Shown one piece after another: positions 57,613 through 64,000 of a stretch of 64,000 bases of DNA. The notes below the pieces were generated by a model that was not told the origin of the DNA, searched no databases, and saw only the letters and a list, made by a program, of their open reading frames with translations. A program made the translations under genes and the position numbers. This DNA is from Vicinamibacteria bacterium (GTDB lineage Bacteria; Acidobacteriota; Vicinamibacteria; Marinacidobacterales; Marinacidobacteraceae), in assembly GCA_965199715.1 (NCBI GenBank), contig CBDATA010000001.1, positions 192,001-256,000 on the forward strand, written 5' to 3'. Position 1 is the first letter of the stretch, and each line of letters starts with the position of its first letter.

Positions 57613-58527
57613 TTATCCGGTGCGCTCGAGGACGAGGGCGGCGACGGCCATGTCTTCGGCGGCGATCCCCTGGGATTCGAAGAGCGCTCCTCCCGGCGCC
57701 GGGCCGCGTCCGGCGGCGACGACCTCGCCGAGCGTCTCCACGTCGTCCCACCGCAGCTCCCCGGCCTCGACCAGCGCCACGAGGTCCCCGCACTCGATCC
57801 GGGCCTGATCGCGGTCGTCGACCACGATCCGGCCGGCGCGCCGGATCGCGTCCTCGTCCAGCTCGCGCCGCTTCAGCGAGTTCCCGCCCGCCGCGGCGAC
57901 GAAGGCGCCGGGGGCGAGCCAGTCCCCGAAGACCACCGGCTCCCGGGCGCTCGTGACCGCGACCACGAGGTCCTTCTCCCGGACCGCGCTCTCGGCGCTC
58001 TCCGCCGGCAGCACGGGAATCCCGAGCTCGTCGCTCATCTCGCGGGCGAACCGCTCCCGCGCCTCGGGGTTCCGGCAGAAGACGCGCGCCTCCTCGACCG
58101 GTCGCACGCACGCGAGCGCCGCCAATTGGGTGCGCGCCTGGCGCCCGCACCCGATCATGCCCAAGCGGGACGCGCCTTCCGGAGCGAGCCAGCGGGCCGC
58201 GACGCCGGTCGCCGCGCCGGTCCGGATCTGGCCGAGCGCGTCCGCCTCGATCAGCGCGACCGGCTCCCCCGAGCCGGCGTCGAAAACCACCATGAGGAAG
58301 CTCGCGCCGTCGCGCCCGGTGCAGTAGGCCTTCAGCCCGAGCAGCCCGGCGCCGTCGCTCGCGGCGCTCATCGCGTGCAGCATCCGCCCGCCGGCCCGGA
58401 CCCGCTGGCGGGGCCGGTTCTGCGCCGCGCCCCGACCGAGTTCGCCGAAGACCCGCTCCACGGCCGCAAGGGCGTCGGGCATGGGCAGCGCCTCGCGCAC
58501 CGCCTCCTCGCGTATGTGCCGAATCAC
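57613..58527 (-). CDS. Ornithine cyclodeaminase/mu-crystallin family protein
   Basis: IRTGAA, IGCGRQA, RELD, FESQGIAAEDM. Confidence 0.9.
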   Translation of the reverse strand: MIRHIREEAVREALPMPDALAAVERVFGELGRGAAQNRPRQRVRAGGRMLHAMSAASDGAGLLGLKAYCTGRDGASFLMVVFDAGSGEPVALIEADALGQIRTGAATGVAARWLAPEGASRLGMIGCGRQARTQLAALACVRPVEEARVFCRNPEARERFAREMSDELGIPVLPAESAESAVREKDLVVAVTSAREPVVFGDWLAPGAFVAAAGGNSLKRRELDEDAIRRAGRIVVDDRDQARIECGDLVALVEAGELRWDDVETLGEVVAAGRGPAPGGALFESQGIAAEDMAVAALVLERTG

Positions 58528-58534
58528 CGGGCGA

Positions 58535-58544
58535 AGATTATTCT
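58535..58544. promoter_or_regulatory. Overlapping divergent -10 boxes (AGATTATTCT)
   Basis: Minus-strand TAATCT lies 7 nt before GTG 58527; plus-strand TATTCT lies 9 nt before ATG 58554; the boxes share TA. Confidence 0.55.
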
Positions 58545-58553
58545 TGCCGCGCA

Positions 58554-59339
58554 ATGGACTCCCCGAACTGGCCGCGGACGATCGGAATCGTGGGCGGCCT
58601 CGGCCCCCACGCCCACGTCGCCTTCGAGTCCTACCTTCTCGCCGAGGCGAGCCGGGCGGCGGGCAGACCCCTGTTCGACCAGGAGTACCCGCCGTGGCTC
58701 GTGTCCTCGCTGCCGCAGACGCCGTCCCGCGTGCGGGCGGTCGAAGAAGGCAGCGACGCCCCGGTTCCGATGCTGCTCGAGAGCGCGTCCCGCCTCAAGG
58801 CGGCGGACTTCCTGTGCGTGCCGTGCAATCAAGCGCACCTGTTCCTCTCCTGCCAGCGCGAGCGGCTCCCGCGCCCGCTGCTCGACATGGTGGACGAGAC
58901 CGTCCGCGAGGTGGGGCGCCGGCTCGTTCCGGGGGAGACCGTGGGGGTCCTCGGCGTGACCGGCACGCTGACCAGCCGGCTCTACCGAAACCGCCTCGCC
59001 CGCGCCTTGCCCGCGCTTCGCTCGGTCACGCTGCTCGATCTTCCCGGCGGGGAGCGGCTCCAGAACGACCTGGTGATGGAGCCGATCTTCGGGAAGGAGC
59101 GCCGCGGCCGCCGGACCGGCGGCATCAAGGCCGGCAAGCTCTACCCGCGCTATCGGCAGCGCCTCCTGCTCGCGGCCGAGCACCTGCGCCAGCACGGCGC
59201 GAGCGTCATCCTCACCGCCTGCTCGGAGATCCCGCTGATCCTCGGGCCGCGCCCTCCCGCCGACCTGCTCGACCCGGTCGCCGTGCTGGCCCGGGAGGCG
59301 ATCGAGGTCGCCGCGGGGCGGCGGCCGCTGCCCGGCTGA
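58554..59339 (+). CDS. Aspartate/glutamate racemase family protein
   Basis: IGIVGGLGP, VPCNQAH, TACSEIP (two catalytic Cys). Confidence 0.88.
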   Translation: MDSPNWPRTIGIVGGLGPHAHVAFESYLLAEASRAAGRPLFDQEYPPWLVSSLPQTPSRVRAVEEGSDAPVPMLLESASRLKAADFLCVPCNQAHLFLSCQRERLPRPLLDMVDETVREVGRRLVPGETVGVLGVTGTLTSRLYRNRLARALPALRSVTLLDLPGGERLQNDLVMEPIFGKERRGRRTGGIKAGKLYPRYRQRLLLAAEHLRQHGASVILTACSEIPLILGPRPPADLLDPVAVLAREAIEVAAGRRPLPG

Positions 59340-60793
59340 TGGAGCTTCTCCGACAATCCCGCGTCCGGGAGGCGGACCGGCGCGCGATCGAGGAGGCCGG
59401 GATCCCGGCGCGGGTCCTGATGGAGACCGCGGGCCGGGCGATCGGCGCCGCGATGCTCGAGGAGCTTCCCGTCGGGCGGGGCGTCCTCATCCTCTGCGGG
59501 CGGGGCGGCAACGGGGGCGACGGGCTGGCGCTGCTGCGCTTTCTGGCCGAGCGCGGCGTCCCCGCCCGGGCCGTCGTCTTCGCCTCCGAGGACCGGCTCA
59601 CCCCGGAGAACCGCGCGAACCTCGCATCCGCCCGCGCGCTCGGCCTTCCGGCGACCGTGGACCCGACGCCGGCGCTGGAGTTTCCCGAGGGCGGGGTCGT
59701 GGCGGACGCGATGCTCGGCGGCGGCGCCCGGGGGCCGCTGCGGGGGGCGTTCGCCGCCGCCGCCGAGGCTCTGGAGACGTTCTCGGGGACGGTGGTGGCC
59801 GTGGACATCCCCACCGGCCTCGATCCCGACAGCGGCCGCATCCCGGGGCCGGCCGCGCGAGCCGACCTGACGCTCGCGCTGGCCGCGGCCCGCCGTTGCC
59901 ATTTCGTCCACCCGGCGAGCGAGCGCTGCGGCCGCGTCCGGGTCCTCGAGATCGGGATTCCCGCCGCGTACCTCGCCCCCGATCCCGAAGACCGGGTGCG
60001 CCGGATCACGGCGGCCGACGTCGCGGACTGGCTGCCGCCCCCGCCCATCAGCGCCCACAAGGGAACCCGGGGAAAGCTGCTCCTCGTCGCCGGGTCGGCC
60101 CGGATGCCGGGCGCGGCGGCGCTCGCGGCGAAGGGAGCGCTCGGGGCCGGGGTCGGCCTCCTCACCGTGGCCGCCCCCGAAACGGTCCCCCTGCCCCCCG
60201 AAGCGATGCGCCTTCCCCCCGAAGCGGCTCTCGAAGCCGACGCGACCGCGCTGGCGGTCGGACCGGGGCTCGGGCGGTCGGAAGCCGATCAGGACAGAAT
60301 TCGGGCGATCGTGCGCCGCTCGGAACAGCCGCTGGTTCTCGACGCCGACGGCCTCTTCGCGGTGGAGGCGGGGGATCTTCGCGAAGGGCTCGTCCTGACG
60401 CCGCACGCCGGCGAAGCGGCGCGGCTCCTCGGCCGGGATTCGCGGACCGTCGCGGGAGCGCGCCTCGAGGCCGCCCGCGAGCTGGCCGCGCTCGCGAACG
60501 CCCCGGTCGCGCTCAAGGGGCCGGGCACGCTGGTTGCGAGTCCCGACGGCGAGACCCTCGTGAACCCCACCGGCGGACCCGAGCTCGCGGCCGGCGGGAC
60601 CGGCGACGTGCTCGCCGGCATGGTGGGGGCGTTCCTCGCCCGCGGCCTCGCGCCCCGCGACGCGCTCGCCGCGGGGGCGTTCCTCCACGGCCGCGCCGGC
60701 GAGATCGCCCGCGAGCGGCTCGGACCCGAGGCGGTCACGGCGTCCGCGGTCGCGGACGCGATCGGGCCGGCGCTTGGGAGCGCGCGGGCATGA
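59339..60793 (+). CDS. nnr: Bifunctional NAD(P)HX epimerase/dehydratase (YjeF)
   Basis: LMETAG, GGNGGDG, VDIPTG, HKGTRG, GPGLG, DADG, LTPHAGE, GGTGDVLAG. Confidence 0.94.
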   Translation: MELLRQSRVREADRRAIEEAGIPARVLMETAGRAIGAAMLEELPVGRGVLILCGRGGNGGDGLALLRFLAERGVPARAVVFASEDRLTPENRANLASARALGLPATVDPTPALEFPEGGVVADAMLGGGARGPLRGAFAAAAEALETFSGTVVAVDIPTGLDPDSGRIPGPAARADLTLALAAARRCHFVHPASERCGRVRVLEIGIPAAYLAPDPEDRVRRITAADVADWLPPPPISAHKGTRGKLLLVAGSARMPGAAALAAKGALGAGVGLLTVAAPETVPLPPEAMRLPPEAALEADATALAVGPGLGRSEADQDRIRAIVRRSEQPLVLDADGLFAVEAGDLREGLVLTPHAGEAARLLGRDSRTVAGARLEAARELAALANAPVALKGPGTLVASPDGETLVNPTGGPELAAGGTGDVLAGMVGAFLARGLAPRDALAAGAFLHGRAGEIARERLGPEAVTASAVADAIGPALGSARA

Positions 60794-61224
60794 AGACCGC
60801 GTGGCGGTCGGTCACCGAGTCGCCCGAGGAGACGCTGGAGCTCGCGGCGCGGGTCGCCGGCCTCTGCCGGGGCGCTTCGGCGTTCTATCTGGACGGGGAC
60901 CTCGGCGCCGGCAAGACCGTCTTCGCGAAAGGACTCGCCCGCTGCTGGGGGGTCGAGCCGTCGCAGGTGACGAGCCCGACCTTCGCGCTGGTGGACCGGC
61001 ACGGCGGCGGCGCGAGGCCGCTCTACCACCTCGATCTTTACCGGATCGAGCGCCCCGAGGAGCTGGACGAGCTCGGCGTCGAGGACATGGAGGAGGAGGG
61101 CGCGGTCGTGGTCGTGGAGTGGCCCGACAAGCTCGGCCGGTATCGGCGGGACGACGCGGTCCGGGTGCGCATCCGGGCGCTCGGCCCGGCGCGGCGCAGC
61201 ATCGACGTGGAGTGGGCCCCGTGA
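60790..61224 (+). CDS. tsaE: tRNA t6A biosynthesis ATPase
   Basis: GDLGAGKT, VTSPTF, HLDLYRI, VEW. Confidence 0.95.
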   Translation: MKTAWRSVTESPEETLELAARVAGLCRGASAFYLDGDLGAGKTVFAKGLARCWGVEPSQVTSPTFALVDRHGGGARPLYHLDLYRIERPEELDELGVEDMEEEGAVVVVEWPDKLGRYRRDDAVRVRIRALGPARRSIDVEWAP

Positions 61225-62369
61225 GGCGCCTGGCCGCGCTCGCGCTGCTCGCCGCCGCCTGCTCCGGGCCGGAGCCGCCGCCGGTTCCCGAGGCGGACCT
61301 GGTGCTCGTCACCGCGTCCGGGCTGCGCGAGGACCGCGTCGGGATCTACGGATACTCCGAGAACGTCACCCCGGCGCTCGACCTGCTCGCCGCGGGCGGC
61401 GCGATCTTCCTCGAGGCCCGGACCCCCTGGCCCGAGATCGGGCGGGCCGCGGCCGCGGCGCTGACCGGGATGGACCCGTCGCGGGCGACCGCGGTCCGGG
61501 AGGGACCGGCGCTGCTGGCCGCCGCGCCCCTCGCCGAACGACTCCGCGCCCACGGCTACCGGACCGTCGCCGCGACGGACCATCCGGCGCTCACCGAAGC
61601 GACTGGATTCGCCCGGGGCTTCGACGAGTTCGCCGAGCATTGGGACGATCCGGGGGAGTTCGAGGGCGCGTTCCCGGATTCGCCGTTCTTCGCATGGCTC
61701 CATTTTTCGCTGGACGGCCCGGCCGACGACTACGACGCCCGGGTCGCGGCGCTGGACGAGTCCGTCCGGCGGCTCCTCGCGCCGATCTCGAAGCGGACGG
61801 TCGTCATCGTCGCCGGCCTCCACGGGCGCTCCTTCGGCGAACGCGGAACGCCGGAGGACGCGCCGATGACGCTCTTCGACGAGATGCTGCGGATTCCGCT
61901 CGTCGTCGCGGTCCTCGGCGAGCCCGGCCCGCCGTTCCCGCCGGGAACCCGCTTCGCCGGGATGGTCTCGCTCGCCGACGTTCCGGCGACCGCGTGGGAG
62001 CTCATGGGCGGCGCTTCCGAGGAGACCTCGCTCGTTCCGGCGCTCAGGGGCCGGGATCCGCGCCCGCGCCGGAGGCTCCACGCGGCGAGCGACAGCGGCG
62101 CGACCGCGATCCTCGACGGACGGCTCAAGCTGCTGCGCATTCCGCTTCCCGGCCGGGACGACGCGGTCTTCGCCGCGTACGCGCTCGACCGGGACCCGGG
62201 CGAGACGGACAACCGCTACCACCTCGCCGCCCAGTCGATCGAGCCGCTGCGCGCCGAATTGGAGACGCGGCGCATCCAGTCCATCGCGTGGTCGCGGGAA
62301 GCGGAGCGGGACGCGCCCGCCGGGGCGCTGCCGCCGGATCTGCTGGAGGCGTGGGAGCGCCGCCGCTGA
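61221..62369 (+). CDS. Sulfatase-fold lipoprotein with degenerate catalytic motifs
   Basis: LAAAC lipobox; LVLVTASGLREDRVG.YGY, TPALD.LA..G..F, LAERLRAHGYRT, GFDEF, RIPLVV. Confidence 0.75.
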   Translation: MRRLAALALLAAACSGPEPPPVPEADLVLVTASGLREDRVGIYGYSENVTPALDLLAAGGAIFLEARTPWPEIGRAAAAALTGMDPSRATAVREGPALLAAAPLAERLRAHGYRTVAATDHPALTEATGFARGFDEFAEHWDDPGEFEGAFPDSPFFAWLHFSLDGPADDYDARVAALDESVRRLLAPISKRTVVIVAGLHGRSFGERGTPEDAPMTLFDEMLRIPLVVAVLGEPGPPFPPGTRFAGMVSLADVPATAWELMGGASEETSLVPALRGRDPRPRRRLHAASDSGATAILDGRLKLLRIPLPGRDDAVFAAYALDRDPGETDNRYHLAAQSIEPLRAELETRRIQSIAWSREAERDAPAGALPPDLLEAWERRR

Positions 62370-62394
62370 CCTAGACTTCGGGCGATCCCCCTCG

Positions 62395-63300
62395 ATGACC
62401 CGAATTTCGACCTCGCTCGCGCTGGTCGCCGGCTTGGCCGCGCTGCCGTCCTGCTCGTGGATCGCCGGTCTCGCGATGGGTTCGGTGGCCGGAGTCTTCT
62501 CCGACATGGAGACCGTGATCCGCGCCGACGACGATCTGGAGCTCGTCCAGCAAGCCATGGCGTTCAACCTGAAGACGCTGGAGACGCTTCTCGTCGGGAG
62601 TCCCGAGAACCGCGACCTCCTCCTCGCCGCGGCGCAGAGCTTCATGCTCTACTCCTACGCCTTCGTGGAGCCGGATATGTTCAACCTCGACTTCACCCAG
62701 TTCGAGGAGGAGCAGGAAGTCCGCCGGCGGGCGCGCCGCCTCTACCGCCGCGCGGTCGCCTTCGGGATGCGGGGCCTCGAGGTCGAGCATCCGGGGATCG
62801 AGTCCCGGCTCCGGCTCGATCCGGACGGGGCCGCGTCCGAGCTCGAACTGGAGGACGCGCCGCTCGCGCTGTGGACCGGCACCGCCGTGGGCGCGTGGAT
62901 CGCGACCGCCACCGACGACCCGGAGGCCACGGCGGACCTCGCGATCATGGGCGCATTGCTCCACCGGTCGCGCGCGCTCGACGACGCCGTGAACGACGGC
63001 GTGGTGTACGACTACCTGATGCTCTACGAGGCCTCGCGCCTCGGCGGGGACCTGGATCTCGCCCGCGGCTATTTCGAGACCGCCCTCGAACGCGGCCCGG
63101 AGCGCCGCCCGGTCACCTGGGCCTCGTGGGCCGAGACCGGCGCCCGCGCCGTCGGCGACCGCGCCGAGTTCCTCGACCTGGTGCAGCGCACGCTCGACTT
63201 CGACATCGACAGCGAGCCGGACGCCCGCCTCCTGAACCAGGTCGCCATGAAGCGGGCGGCGTGGCTCCTTTCCCGAACCGACGACTATTTCCTGGACTAG
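62395..63300 (+). CDS. TRAP transporter TatT-family component (lipoprotein)
   Basis: LPSC lipobox; DDDLELV..A..FNLK..E.LL..P, YSYAFV, RAAWLL; directly upstream of dctP. Confidence 0.82.
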   Translation: MTRISTSLALVAGLAALPSCSWIAGLAMGSVAGVFSDMETVIRADDDLELVQQAMAFNLKTLETLLVGSPENRDLLLAAAQSFMLYSYAFVEPDMFNLDFTQFEEEQEVRRRARRLYRRAVAFGMRGLEVEHPGIESRLRLDPDGAASELELEDAPLALWTGTAVGAWIATATDDPEATADLAIMGALLHRSRALDDAVNDGVVYDYLMLYEASRLGGDLDLARGYFETALERGPERRPVTWASWAETGARAVGDRAEFLDLVQRTLDFDIDSEPDARLLNQVAMKRAAWLLSRTDDYFLD

Positions 63301-63307
63301 ACCCGAA

Positions 63308-64000
63308 ATGCCACACACCACGCGGCGCGGCCGACGCCTCGCGCTCCTCCTCCTGGCGGCGGTCCTCGCCGGCGCCGCGCCGGCCGACGCGCGGGTGCAG
63401 TTCCGGCTGGGGAGCATCGTCCCGAACAACTCCGCGTGGCACCTGCTGCTGCGCAAGATGGCCGCCGACGTCGGCAAGGAGACGGACGGCGAGGTCCGGA
63501 TCCGGGTGATCTCCGGGGGCGCGGCCGGCGACGAGTCCGAGATGATCCGGAAGATGCGCATCGACCAGATCCAGATGATCGCGCTCAGCAACGTGGGCGT
63601 GGCCGAGCTGGTGCCCGGGGCGCTCGCGCTCTCCCTCCCGATGGTGTACGCGAGCCACGAGGAGTGGAACCACGTCCGGGCGAGCGTGAACGCCGGCTTC
63701 GACCGGAGCCTGCGCGACCTCGGCCTGCGGGCGCTCGGCTGGACCGGCATCGGCTGGGTCCACTTCTTCTCGACCGAGCCGATCGAGACGGTGGACGACC
63801 TCCGGGCGCTCCGGATGGCGGGCGCGACCGGCGATCCGACGACCACCGACCTGCTGCGCCTCGCCGGGTTCGACCCGGTCCCGATCAGCTCGGTGGAGGT
63901 CGTGAGCGGCTTCCAGACCGGGCTCGTGGAGGCCGCGCCGCTCCCCGTGGTGTACGCCGAGGGATCGCAGATCTACCGCAGCGCCAAGTACATGGCGGAT
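63308..64000 (+). CDS. dctP: TRAP solute-binding protein DctP, partial (runs off the window end)
   Basis: Manual translation: signal peptide, FRLGSIVPNNSAW, TDGEV, GGAAGDESEMIRKMR, GWVHFFS, LRALRM. Confidence 0.88.
   Translation, partial: MPHTTRRGRRLALLLLAAVLAGAAPADARVQFRLGSIVPNNSAWHLLLRKMAADVGKETDGEVRIRVISGGAAGDESEMIRKMRIDQIQMIALSNVGVAELVPGALALSLPMVYASHEEWNHVRASVNAGFDRSLRDLGLRALGWTGIGWVHFFSTEPIETVDDLRALRMAGATGDPTTTDLLRLAGFDPVPISSVEVVSGFQTGLVEAAPLPVVYAEGSQIYRSAKYMAD

Overview
High-GC (roughly 70% by eye) bacterial chromosomal window. It is probably from an Acidobacteriota member, inferred from a GWxTD protein, an Oar-type TonB-dependent receptor and the gene repertoire. Most of the window is housekeeping: ilvBNC, rpmB, aguAB, gatCA, thiL, zapAB, tRNA-Val-thrS-infC-rpmI-rplT, degP, suhB, rng, mreBCD-mrdA-rodA, ppiD, moeA/moaC/larE, tatA, nnr, tsaE and TRAP transporter genes at both ends. 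The first 22 kb holds many exported peptidases around the TonB receptor, plus decayed foreign DNA (an orphan Dcm-like methyltransferase and an internally deleted RecD-like helicase). The strongest hidden signal is a tandem pair of rhodanese genes (18677-19428, minus strand) that the ORF track truncates. Each has an in-frame TGA at the catalytic Cys position of the CxxGxR loop, followed after exactly 15 nt by an identical 16-nt hairpin. They are probably selenocysteine-containing sulfurtransferases with SECIS elements, one cytoplasmic and one a lipoprotein. Other signals: pervasive leaderless and bidirectional -10 promoters, sigma54 boxes before both outer-membrane protein genes, an AUC start for infC, a GspE/PilB ATPase with no stop codon at the expected place, a probable frameshift in ppiD and a catalytically dead sulfatase-like lipoprotein. 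All protein family calls come from motif recognition by eye, not from database searches.
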